This document shows, in pieces, positions 39,332 to 52,223 of a stretch of DNA of 64,000 nucleotides (the first letter of the stretch is position 1; each line of letters starts with the position of its first letter). The position numbers and the translations under genes were made by a program. The notes under the pieces are model-generated. The model had not been told where the DNA came from and made no database searches. It saw only the letters and a list, made by a program, of their open reading frames with translations. This DNA is from Eledone cirrhosa (lineage: Eukaryota): the NCBI GenBank assembly GCA_964016885.1, contig OZ024753.1, forward strand, positions 27,962,001 to 28,026,000. The letters are read 5' to 3'.

Positions 39332-39862
39332 GTTGGTTTTAATTTTTGTTCTTTTTATGTGTGTACTTAACCTATGCTTTAGTAGGGAAAATGACTTTAA
39401 AACATGTTCCTTGGGGCCAAAGAAGACCTGGGTAGAGTTTGTGAGAGCTGATCTCAAATCACTGAAACTCCAAGAAGAGATGACAATAGACTACGAGTGG
39501 AGGGATGCTGTGCTGGAAAACCCACATACAATAATGACGATGATGCCATGTGTGTGTTGTAAGAGGCAACTAAAAGGGTTGGTGCCAAGAGGACTATTCA
39601 TTTGTGTCATAAGTATGACAACATCCCTTGTGTAGGGAATCTACATGATAAATGCACCCAGTACACTCTGTAAAGTGGTAGGTGATAGGAAGGACATCCA
39701 GCCACAGAAAAACGGCCATACAAAGAGTTGAGACAGCTATTCAGCTATATGACATGACAACCTCTCTAGTACTGGTACTGTGATAAAATGTACTTGGTCA
39801 AGTGAGGGATCACAAGTAAGATGTGGGATCACAAGTAAGATGAGGGATCACAAGTAAGATGC

Positions 39863-42182
39863 GGGAAGCAGAGGAAAGAAAGTTCAAGCATGTTCTACAA
39901 CGTGAGGACCAAAAACGTGAGGTGTTCAGGATTGCCAGGCAATGTGTCAAGGAAAACCGTGATATTGTCGGGGAGAAGTGTGTGCTTAACGATGATGGCA
40001 TACTTGCTATCACCGATGCTGATAAGAAGGTAGCTTGGAAGTGTCACTACGAAAGGCTTCTAAATGAGGAGAACAAATGGGAGAAAGACAGTCTCCCCCA
40101 CATCGACCCAATAGAGGGACCAGCAGTGTTAGTCCAGGGTAGTACAATAAGCAAGGCAATCAAAGATATGAAGACGAGTAAGGCGGCTGGTCCTTCGGAA
40201 ATAGTTGCTGAGATGCTGAAGGCATCTGGTTCGGTGGGACACACCATGGTCACCCGGATAGTTAACCAAGTCGTACAGAATGGGGTTGTTCCGAAGGACT
40301 GGCATAGCAGCATCATCGTTAACTGCTATAAGGGAAAAGGAGATGCCCTAGATAGGAGTAACTATAGAGGCATTAAATTAATCGACCAGGTCATGAAGGT
40401 CACGGAAAAAGTAATAGCGCAACTAATCAGAGAGAGAATTGATCTAGATGAAATGCAGTTCGGGTTTGTGTCAGGCAAAAGTACCACAGACGCTCTTTTC
40501 ATTGTACGACAACTACAGGAGAAGTACCTAGCTAAAAGTAAACCCCTATACTTAGCTTTCGTCGACTTGGAGAAAGCCTTCGACAGAGTCCCCCGTTCCA
40601 TTATCTGGTGGTCTCTTAGAAAACTAGGTGTTGACGAATGGCTTGTGAGAGCTATACAAGCCATGTATAAAGAAACAGTCAGTAAGATTAGAATTAACAA
40701 CGAATATAGTGAAGAGTTTAGCGTAAAAGTTGGTGTCCATCAGGGCTCTGTTCTTAGCCCCCTACTATTTATTATTGCCCTTCAGGCTATAACAGAGGAG
40801 TTCAAGACCGGCTGCCCATGGGAACTCCTATACGCAGATGATCTAACGCTCATAGCTGAATCAATGACCGAACTAGAGAAGAAATTCCAAACATGGAAGC
40901 ACGGCCTAGAATCAAAAGGCCTTAAAATTAACCTGGCTAAGACAAAAGTTCTAGTTTGTAGGAAAGAAAATATGGCGGCAGTCCCATCTGGGAAATGGCC
41001 ATGCTCAGTGTGTAGGAAAGGCGTAGGTAGAAACTCCATTTTATGTCCCAAATGCAAAGTATGGGTGCATAAAAGATGTAGTGGGATCACAGGTAAGCTA
41101 ACTAAGAACATAGATTTTACATGTGGCCGGTGCTCTGGTGCAATAAGCAGCAGCAAGTGCCCACAAAATACTAGCTCCTTCAACTGCGCAGAGGGTTCTA
41201 TAGAAATAGTGGACAGCTTCCGTTACCTGGATGACAAAATCAGCAGTGGGGGAGGGTGCTCTGAAAGTACAGTAGCTAGAGTCAGAACTGGATGGAAAAA
41301 GTTCAGAGAGCTTATACCACTATTAGCCGCTAGAGGGTTCTCCCTAAAAATGAAAGGCAGGTTATACGATGCCTGCATACGAACAGCAATGCTGCATGGC
41401 AGTGAGACCTGGGCATTGTGTGCAGAGGATATACGCAGACTAGAGAGGAACGAAGCTTGCATGCTCCGCTGGATGTGCAATAGTAATATACGTGAACGGC
41501 AAAGCATAAACGAACTAAGGAAAAAATTAGAAATAAGAGGGATCAGATGTTGTTTACTCGAGAGAAGGCTACGTTGGTACGGTCACGTGATGCGCATGAA
41601 AGACGACAGCTGTATAACAAAGTGCAGGGCAATAAAGATAGACGGTAGCCACGGAGTAGGCAGACCCAGAAAAACCTGGGACGAGCTGATAAACTCCGAC
41701 CTCACACGCTTACACCTCTCCAAGACAATGTCACTGGACCGAGACCTTTGGCGGTACTCAGTAATAGAGAAGACCCGCCTTACCTAAATACAAAGTAAAA
41801 ACCTACTACAGTCAGTAGGCATCTCTATCAAAACACCCCCCCGTCCCACCACCTCCACCCCATCCACACCGCCCCTTTCAATGTAAAGTTATGTTGGTCC
41901 CACAACATCCAGGCCGAAACAAATGAGATCGTGTAGGTGTCACGACAAAAAAACACACAGTCCACGCTGTAAATGTGGCCGTGTAGGCAACACGGTAAAA
42001 ACCTCCCAGCCCCACACTGTAAATGTGGTTGGTGTTAGGAAGGGCATCCAACTGTAGAAAACCCGCCAGACAGTCCTATGCGAGCAAGACAACCACTCTT
42101 GCCTCAAGTGGGAAAACCCCCGTCCAAACCCATGCAAGCGTGGAACACGGACGCTAAACCTGATGATGATGATGATGATGAT
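39863..42182 (+). mobile_element. 5'-truncated RTE LINE subfamily A with intact RT ORF (39859-41787)
   Basis: YRGIKL, QFGF, FVDLEKAFD, GVHQGSVLSPLLF, YADD, then C4HC3 finger; (GAT)n tail. Confidence 0.96.
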
Positions 42183-42464
42183 AGGTTAGCATCAGGAAAG
42201 GCATCCAACTGCTGAAAAGTTGCCTCAGAAAAAACAAGTCTCGTCTAACCCATGCTAGCATGGAAAAAGCAGACATAAAATCAATGATGATGATGATGAG
42301 GAAGATGATGATGATGATGATGTCAACAATGACATTAACATTTTTCTTTTTTTGTTTCTAAACTTTGAATAATCTGCAGATGTCTTTCCTCCTTATTTTC
42401 ATCGTAATTTGTTGTTTTCAAAGAAAAATATATCAGTTTCTTTTTTGTTTCAATTTTCCAACAG

Positions 42465-42498
42465 GAATTGGTGAAGTCTCCTGCAAGACAAAAAGCAG
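42465..42498 (+). CDS. IFT74: IFT74 exon (ELVKSPARQKA(V))
   Basis: ttccaacag| ... |gtatgt; 34 nt; aligns with human EIAHSQVKQEAV. Confidence 0.9.
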
Positions 42499-43081
42499 GT
42501 ATGTATTGAATGTTTCCTTTGTAAATAACTGTATTATAGACAAAATCCACAGTCTTGTTTTATAGGCTGTGATTATGCAGATCCTAGTAACCTCCCTAAA
42601 GCAATGTTGTTGCCCACACTGGCTCCAAAGCAGAGCCTAGTAACTCTGTCAAATAGTTTCCAACAAATGGATACAGAACACATCCACTAAGTGATTTGCA
42701 CTTCAGTTTTATTAATCTGACATTCCTAACATAATATGGTGTACACAATTGGTTCCCAGCCTTTTGTCCACTTAACATCTAAAAAATTATGAGGTCCTCA
42801 AAAACAAACAAGAGGCACAAAGGGCAATAGTCATTGATAAGGTCACCAGTTGTACCAAAAGAACTTTAATGAACCAATTAATTAATTTGTTGATTAATCA
42901 AGTGATTGATGGATTGTTTGATTAATAAAATTTTAGTGAAACATAACTGGTGCCTGTTTTTTAATTGGCAGTATGACCTTCCCAAAACATAATAATATCC
43001 TATTTTTTTTTTCCCTATATTTTGGCAATATTTTTTGTAAAGCAATAAATTAACATTATTTTTTATGCTACGATATTACAG

Positions 43082-43232
43082 TACAGTTGTACAAACGGAA
43101 AGATGAACTGGAGTTACAGAAGGATGGTCTGACAGAAGAGCTGAATTCTAAAGAAAACCCTGATGCTGAACGAAACCGACTTCTGGATCAACTCAAGTCA
43201 GACAACCAAGAAATTGCCACTTTTGAGCGCCA
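43082..43232 (+). CDS. IFT74: IFT74 exon (QLYKRKDELELQKDGLTEELNSKENPDAERNRLLDQLKSDNQEIATFER(Q))
   Basis: attacag| ... |gtgagt; 151 nt; matches human [22 protein letters not shown]. Confidence 0.95.
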
Positions 43233-44669
43233 GTGAGTTTAGAATACAAACCCATAAGTACTTTAAAGTATTTTAGAAAATATATATATATAACTAAAAC
43301 CATATAGGCCTTAATTAGAACATAAAAAATTCTGAACCAAACTCATTCTCTTCTCTTCTTCTTAACGAGGCTGGGGTCATTCTAAGCCAGCGATCCCAAA
43401 ACATTGTCATGTGTAGAGCCGACCAGGTCCACCAGGGCCTGCCACTGGGGCCTCTTCCATCCTGCAGCCACTGTCAAATGAGAGTAAGGCCCTGCTAACC
43501 ACAACCACAATCTCAAATAAATGCTAATGATAATATTGCAATCAACTCTACCTACCCTAGTTAGTTATCATAAGTGGTGTTTAGTTAAACTTAACTGCGT
43601 GTTATCACAGTGTATTTAGAGTACTCAGATGAGTGTTACCACTTAACTATAGCTTATCATGGAGACATTTTCTCAGAATCACTTAAATTTTTATTGTGTA
43701 GCTAAATATATATAAAGTGGTTTCCGGCAAATAGATACAAGTAGGTTATTATTGTTCATGAGAGGTGTTCTAAAAAGCTGATAAAATTGTTATGTTTGAT
43801 TATTTTTATCATCATCATCATTACATACGTTTTTATGTGCTTGCATGAGTTAGACAAATCTTCTCCATTACAGCATCTCTCCACTTGTTTGTTATTTCTT
43901 TTGTGAGGTTTAGTTTCTTCAAATCAGCTTTCATTGTTTCTACCCATACCTTTCTCTTCTGCTGTTTCCTTCCACTTGGAACTCCTGGCATTTCTTCATC
44001 CAATTACCATCATTCATACACATTATGTGTCCATACCAGTGCAATTTTCTCTCTTGCACAGTACATCTGATTCCTCATATAGATAGTTTTTCTCTCAACT
44101 CATCTGTGCTTTGTCCTTCATTTTGTCTGGTTAATGGGATAAGGGTGGAGCCTCCAAAACGGATTGTTTGAGCAAGACAGTCACCTGACATGTCTAGCTT
44201 CATAACATGACATCTCATCTGGCTCATGCAAGTATGGAAAATTTACATGAAACTCCAATAATGATTTGAGGTCCCCATAAGAGATTATCAGACATAGTAT
44301 GGGACGTAGTATTTGTACTGGCTTTGAGGAGTTTTGACCCATTCATTACAATATTTTTAATAAAAGACACTGCGTATAGTTTTCAAATCATTTTGATAGT
44401 AATAGAAAATTTGGAGGGATTTAGTAGTCTAACTTCCTTGTTATTAAGCTGGTTTTAGGAGCATAACTTAATAAAGGTTGTTGAGTAAAATTATGACGGA
44501 TGGTTGAAGATGTGAGAAAAAAATGAAGAAATATTCGTCAACACATCATGTAAGGAAGGAAAGTCTTCATCATCATCATCATATGTCCATATTGCATGCT
44601 AGCATGGGTAGGACCATTATATTTTAATACTTTGCTTAACCCTAATTTATGTTATTGCTCCATCAACAG

Positions 44670-44749
44670 ATTGAATTCTCTACAGAATGACTATGAACGA
44701 CAGCAAGATGATATGCAACAACTGGAAGCTGACATTCAAGAAAGCCAGA
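44670..44749 (+). CDS. IFT74: IFT74 exon (LNSLQNDYERQQDDMQQLEADIQESQ); last exon visible in the window
   Basis: catcaacag| ... |gtaagt; 80 nt, phase 2->1. No further IFT74 exon recognised up to 64000. Confidence 0.9.
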
Positions 44750-44874
44750 GTAAGTATATTTCTAAGATTACAGAGCTAAACATTTTACCAAATTTAATAT
44801 TAAATCTTGCTGCCCCTTTTTATCGTTCTTTTTTTACCATTTTGGATTACATCTTTTGCTATACTTTTTCTTAA

Positions 44875-45375
44875 TAACAAGGGTTGGAAGAAGTTTAGGG
44901 AGCTACTGCTTTTGTTGACAACAAAAGATTTCTCCCTATAAACAAAAGGTAAACTGTATGATGCCTGTGTGCGAAGAGTAATGCTGCATGATAGTGAGGC
45001 ATGAAGAGTGAATGCAGAAGATATGCAGAAAAATGAAGCCACTTTGCTTTGATGGATGTGAAATGTTAATGTATGAGAACGACAAAGTATAGATGAGCTA
45101 AGAGAGAGACTGAGTATAAAAGGAATCAGATGTAGTAGGCAAGAGAGAAGACTGTGATGGTATGGACATGTGATGCACATGGATGATGATCCCTGAGTGA
45201 GTAAGTGCCAAGAAATTCTAGTGGAAGGAAGCTACTTTAGAAGAAAACCAAGGAAGTGAAAGCTGATCTCAAATCACTCAAACTCATAAAGGAGATGACG
45301 ACTCAGCAAGACAAGTGAGAAATGTTGAGCTAAGAAGGATCTGTCCTACCCATGCAAGCATGGAACAGCATACAT
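44875..45375 (+). pseudogene. Older degraded RTE 3' fragment
   Basis: GWKKFRELLLLLT..KGKLYDACVR.. with multiple stops. Confidence 0.8.
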
Positions 45376-45449
45376 AAAATAAGCAGGGAAAAGTGGACAT
45401 AAAATGATGATATATATTATATATATATATATATATTATATATATATAT

Positions 45450-45481
<32 letters not shown>

Positions 45482-45561
45482 ATATATTATATCTATATAT
45501 ATATTATATATATATATTATATATATATATTATATCTATATATATATTATATATATATATT

Positions 45562-47200
45562 CATCATCATCATCATCATCATCATCAGGTTTAGCGTCCG
45601 TGTTCCACGCTTGCATGGGTTTGGACGGGGGTTTTCCCACTTGAGGCAAGAGTGGTTGTCTTGCTCGCATAGGACTGTCTGGCGGGTTTTCTACAGTTGG
45701 ATGCCCTTCCTAACACCAACCACATTTACAGTGTGGGGCTGGGAGGTTTTTACCGTGTTACCTACACGGCCACATTACAGCGTGGACTGTCTGGCGGGTT
45801 TTCTACAGCTGGATGCCCTTCCTAACACCAACCACATTTACAGTGTGGGGCTGGGAGGTTTTTACCGTGTTGCCTACACGGCCACATTTACAGCGTGGAC
45901 TGTGTGTTTTTTGTCGTGACACCTACACGATCTCATTTGTTTCGGCCTGGATGTTGTGGGACCAACATAACTTTACATTGAAAGGGGCGGTGTGGGTGGG
46001 GTGGAGGTGGTGGGACGGGGGTGTGTTTTGATAGAGATGCCTACTGACTGTAGTAGGTTTTTACTTTGTATTTAGGTAAGGCGGGTCTTCTCTATTACTG
46101 AGTACCGCCAAAGGTCTCGGTCCAGTGACATTGTCTTGGAGAGGTGTAAGCGTGTGAGGTCGGAATTTATCAGCTCGTCCCATGTTTTTCTGGGTCTGCC
46201 TACTCCGTGGCTACCGTCTATCTTTATTGCCCTGCACTTTGTTATACAGCTGTCGTCTTTCATGCGCATCACGTGACCATACCAACGTAGCCTTCTCTCG
46301 ACTAAACAACATCTGATCCCTCTTATTTCTAATTTTTCCCTTAGTTCGTTTATGCTTTGCCGTTCACGTATATTACTATTGCACATCCAGCGGAGCATGC
46401 AAGCTTCGTTCCTCTCTAGTCTGCGTATATCCTCTGCACACAATGCCCAGGTCTCACTGCCATGCAGCATTGCTGTTCGTATGCAGGCATCGTATAACCT
46501 GCCTTTCATTTTTAGGGAGAACCCTCTAGCGGCTAATAGTGGTATAAGCTCTCTGAACTTTTTCCATCCAGTTCTGACTCTAGCTACTGTACTTTCAGAG
46601 CACCCTCCTCCACTGCTGATTTTGTCACCCAGATAACGGAAGCTGTCCACTATTTCTATAGAACCCTCTGCGCAGTTGAAGGAGCTAGTATTTTGTGGGC
46701 ACTTGCTGCTACTTATTGCACCAGAGCACCGGCCACATGTAAAATCTATGTTCTTAGTTAGCTTACCTGTGATCCCACTACATCTTTTATGCACCCATAC
46801 TTTGCATTTGGGACATAAAATGGAGTTTCTACCTACGCCTTTCCTACACACTGAGCATGGCCATTTCCCAGATGGGACCGCCGCCTTATTTTCTTTCCTA
46901 CAAACTAGAACTTTAGTCTTAGCCAGGTTAATTTTAAGGCCTTTTGATTCTAGGCCGTCCTTCCATGTTTGGAATTTCTTCTCTAGTTCGGTCATTGATT
47001 CAGCTATGAGCGTTAGATCATCTGCGTATAGGAGTTCCCATGGGCAGCCGGTCTTGAACTCCTCTGTTATAGCCTGAAGGGCAATAATAAATAGTAGGGG
47101 GCTAAGAACAGAGCCCTGATGGACACCAACTTTTACGCTAAACTCTTCACTATATTCGTTGTTAATTCTAACCTTACTGACTGTTTCTTTATACATGGCT
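45562..47200 (-). mobile_element. 5'-truncated RTE subfamily A, antisense
   Basis: ORF 46072-47196 near-identical to the 39859 ORF; internal duplication in 3'UTR; (TA)n flanks. Confidence 0.95.
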
Positions 47201-47854
47201 ATATATATTATATATATTATATATATATATATATAGTATATATATATATATAGTATATATATATATATATATAGTATATATATATATATTATATATATAT
47301 ATTATATATATATTATATATATATATATTATATATATATATTATATATATATTATATATATATATATTATATATATAGTATATATATATATATATTATAT
47401 ATATAGTATATATATATATATATTATATATATAGTATATATATATATATATTATATATATAGTATATATATATATATATTATATATATAGTATATATATA
47501 TATATATTATATATATATTATATATATATTATATATATTATATATATATTATATATATATATTATATATATATATATATTATATATATATATATTATATA
47601 TATTTTTTGCTTTTGAGAAACCACTGGTAAATGAAATAATTGCCTTATGTTGTTTATTACATAACTATTAAGCTCTGTTGCGTACATAGAGCAGTCTTTT
47701 TTCCTGGACTTTTCCGACGGAATTACTTCATTTATTTATATATATATATATATTATATATATATATATATTATATATATATATATATTATATATATATAT
47801 ATATTATATATATATATATATTATATATATATATATATTATATATATATATATA

Positions 47855-49183
47855 TGTCACTACGAGAGGCTACTGAATGAGGAGAATAAATGGGAGAAGG
47901 ATAGTCTCCCCCAGATCGATCCAATAGAGGGACCAGCAGTGTTAGTTGAAGGTAGTATAATAAGTAAGGCAATCAAAGATATGAAGACGGGTAAGGCGGC
48001 TGGGCCTTCGGAAATAGTTGCTGAGATGCTGAAGGCCTCTGGAACGGTGGGACACACCATGGTCACCCGGATAGTAAACCAAGTCATACAGAATGGGGTT
48101 GTTCCGAAGGACTGGCGTAGCAGCATCATCATTAACTGTTACAAGGGTAAAGGAGACGCCCTAGATAGGAGTAACTATAGAGGGATTAAATTAATCGACC
48201 AGGTCATGAAGGTCACGGAAAAAGTAATAGTGCAACTAATCAGAGAGAGAATCGATCTAGATGAAATGCAGTTCGGGTTTGTGTCAGGAAAAAGTACCAC
48301 AGACGCTCTTTTCATTGTACGACAACTACAGGAGAAGTACCTAGCTAAAAGTAAACTCCTCTACTTAGCTTTCGTCGACTTGGAGAAAGCCTTCGACAGA
48401 GTCCCCCGCTCCATTATCTGGTGGGCTCTTAGAAAACTAGGTGTTGACGAATGGCTTGTGAGAGCTATACAAGCCATGTATAAAGAAACAGTCAGTAAGA
48501 TTAGAATTAACAACGAATATAGTGAAGAGTTTAGCGTAAAAGTTGGTGTCCATCAGGGCTCTGTTCTTAGACCCCTACTATTCATTATTGCTCTTCAGGC
48601 TATAACAGAGGAGTTCAAGACCGGCTGCCCATGGGAACTCCTATACGCAGATGACCTAACGCTCATAGCTGAATCAATGGCCGAGCTAGAGAAGAAATTC
48701 CAAACATGGAAGCACGGCCTAGAGTCAAAAGGACTTAAAATTAACCTGGCTAAGACCAAAGTACTAGTTTGTAGGAAAGAAAATAAGGCGGCGGTTACTT
48801 CCGGGAAATGGCCATGCTCAGTGTGTAGGAAAGGCGTAGGTAGAAACTCCATTTTATGTCCCAAATGCAAAGTATGGGTGCATAAAAGATGTAGTGGGAT
48901 CACAGGTAAGCTAACTAAGAACATAGATTTTACATGTGGCCGGTGCTCTGGTGCAATAAGTAGCAGCAAGTGCCCACAAAATACTAGCTCTTTCAACTGC
49001 GCAGAGGGTTCTATAGAAATAGTGGACAGCTTCCGTTACCTGGGTGACAAAATCAGCAGTGGGGGAGGGTGCTCTGAAAGTACAGTAGCTAGAGTCAGAA
49101 CTGGATGGAAAAAGTTCAGAGAGCTTATACCACTATTAGCCGCTAAAGGGTTCTCCCTAAAAATGAAAGGCAGGTTGTATGAT
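47855..49183 (+). mobile_element. Internal fragment of RTE subfamily A, joined at its 3' side to an inverted SINE head (49184-49257)
   Basis: ORF 47939-49195 breaks after KGRLYD. Confidence 0.93.
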
Positions 49184-49334
49184 CACCCGGTCTGAGAATT
49201 GAACTCACAACCTTTCGATTGCAAGGCCAATGCTCTAACCACTAAGCCATGTGCCTCTATAAGCATATATATATAATATATATATATTATATATATATAT
49301 ATATAATATATATATATTATATATATATATTATT

Positions 49335-51911
49335 AACCTGGAGAAGAAAGATCTGGAAGCTGAAAGTCCCCTCAACCAGTAACAGATTTAAAGATATTTT
49401 ACTCAACGCCTACGACAGTAAAGAAGAACAGATAGAGACATTTAACGTAGAAGAGAACTGGGAGTTCCTAAAAAATAACTTACTAGAGGCGACGGATGAG
49501 GTTTGTGGCTGGAGTAAGACCTCAAGCAGGAGGAGAGTGACTTGGTGGTGGAACAATAAGGTAGATGAAGCAGTCAAGGCCAAGAGACAGGCATGGAAAG
49601 AATGGAAGAACGGGGGGAGCAGGGTACATTACATAGAGACCAAGAGGGAAGCTAGGCGACAAGTATACTTAGCTAGGAGGGAAGCAGAGGATAGAAAATT
49701 CAAGCATGTTTTACAACGTGAGGACCAGAAACAGGAGGTATTCAAGATTGCGAGGCAGTGTGTCAGAGATAGTTGTGATGTCATTGGAGAGAAGTGTATC
49801 CGGAATGATAAAGGTGAGCTTGCCCTCACAAGTGCTGAGAAGAAAGATGCATGGAAGAGTCATTATGATAGATTACTAAATGAGGAGAATGCATGGGAAG
49901 AAGAGACCCTACCCCACGTAGACCCTATAGAGGGACCAGCAGTACAAGTCAGCGGCAGCGTAGTAAGTAAGGCAATCAGAGATATGAAGATAGGGAAGGC
50001 AACCGGTCCATCGGGTATAGCTGCCGAGATGCTGAAGGCATCTGGGTCTGTAGGTCACACTATAACCACACGTATCGTTAACCAGGTAATACTAGAGGGG
50101 GCCATACCAAAAGATTGGTGCAGTAGCATCATTGTCAACTGCTACAAAGGTAAAGGCGATGCACTAGATAGAGGAAACTATAGAGGTATAAAGTTGATGG
50201 ACCAGGTCATGAAAGTAACAGAAAGAGTTATAGCACAGCTGATTAGGGACCGGGTGAATATAGACGAGATGCAATTTGGGTTTGTTCCAGGGAAAGGCAC
50301 CACTGATGCGCTCTTCCTTGTGAGGCAATTACAGGAAAAGTACCTAGCTAAAAGTAAGCCACTCTACTTGGCATTTGTCGACCTTGAGAAAGCCTTTGAC
50401 AGAGTTCCACGTGCAGTAATCTGGTGGGCTCTTAGAAAACTAGGAGTAGATGAATGGCTTGTGAAAGCGGTACAAGCCATGTATAGGGGAGCAGTCAGCA
50501 AAGTTAGGATTGGCAATGAGTATAGCGAGGAATTTAGCGTACAGGTTGGGGTCCACCAGGGCTCTGTTCTTAGCCCTCTCCTGTTCATCATAGTCCTGCA
50601 GGCAATAACGAAGGAGTTTAAGACCGGATGCCCATGGGAACTCCTGTATGCTGATGACCTCGCACTCATAGCTGAATCTATGGTAGAACTAGAGAATAAA
50701 TTCCAAACCTGGAAGCAGGGACTAGAGAGAAAGGGCCTCAAAGTCAACATGACAAAGACTAAGGTCCTTATAAGTAGACGAGAAAACAGAACCCAGATCC
50801 CCTCAGGGAAATGGCCTTGCTCAGTATGTAGGAAAGGTGTAGGTAGGAACTCCATTCTTTGCCCCAAATGCAAACAATGGGTACACAAGAGATGTAGCGG
50901 GATCTCAGGAAGCTTAATTAAGAATGTAGGATTCACATGCAGCAGCTGTGCTGAAACAGCAAGCAAACAGCCACAGGAAACAAGTACCACCAATCTCTGG
51001 GAGGGCCCTGTAGAAACAGTAGACAGCTTCTGCTACCTAGGTGACCGAATTAGCAACGGAGGTGGGTGCTCAGAAAGTACAATAACTAGGGTAAGAACGG
51101 GATGGAAGAAGTTTAGGGAACTACTACCACTGCTAGCTGCAAAAGGCTTCTCCCTCAGAATGAAAGGCAGACTGTATGATGCGTGTATCCGAACAGCGAT
51201 GTTGCATGGTAGTGAGACCTGGGCGCTGAAGGTGGAAGACTTACGTAGATTAGAGAGAAACGAAGCCTGCATGCTCCGATGGATGTGTAACAGTAATATA
51301 CGTGAACGACAAAGCATAAATGAATTGAGAGAGAGACTGAGCATAAGAGGAATCAAATGCTGCGTGCAGGAGAGGCGGTTACGCTGGTATGGGCATGTGA
51401 TGCGTATGAAGGATGACAGCTGCATAAAAAGGTGCAGAGCACTAGAAGTTGATGGAAACCGCGGAGTGGGGAGACCCAAGATGACTTGGGATGAGGTGAT
51501 AAAAGCCGACCTTACCCAACTACACCTCTCAAAGTCAATGACACACGACCGTGACTTCTGGCGTCACGCAGTAATACAGGGTACCCGACCTCCCATGGGT
51601 ACATGCTGAAGCATATAAACAATATGCCCCCCCCCCCCCCGCAAGGTGGTCGTGGAGGTGCCACGGCAAAAAAGCACCCAGCCCACACTGTAAAGTGGAC
51701 GTGTAGGCGCCACGAAAAAGCACCCAGCACTCACTGTAAATGAGGTTGGTGTTAGGAAGGGCATCCAGCTGTAGAAATCAAGCCAGATCAGTTCCTGTAT
51801 GAGCAAGGCATGGTCAGCCGACCAGACACTGCCCACAACAGGACAACCCGTCTAACCCATGCTAGCGTGGAAGAACGGACGTAAAACGGTGATGATGATG
51901 ATGATGATGAT
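49335..51911 (+). mobile_element. 5'-truncated RTE LINE subfamily B with uninterrupted ORF to 51609
   Basis: WWN motif, RT with YADD, C4HC3 finger, distinct 3'UTR, (GAT)n tail. Confidence 0.96.
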
Positions 51912-52016
51912 ATATATATATATATATTATATATATATATATAATATATATATATATATATTATATATATATATACATATATTATATATATATATATAAT
52001 ATATATATATATATAT

Positions 52017-52048
<32 letters not shown>

Positions 52049-52223
52049 ATATATATATTATATATATTATATATATATTATATATATATATTATATATAT
52101 ATATATAATATATATATATATATATTATATATATATATATATATATTATATATATTATATATATATTATATATATATATTATATATATTATATATATATA
52201 TTATATATATATATATATATATA

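Noticed and set aside
40047-41507. Recurrent antisense ORFs over RTE copies (MLCRSRILLL..., MKELVFCGH...)
   Set aside because: Shadows of the LINE ORF, repeated only because the copies are near-identical
45562-49183. Head-to-head RTE pair as a twin-priming inversion
   Set aside because: The two pieces overlap in element coordinates and differ in sequence, so they are independent insertions
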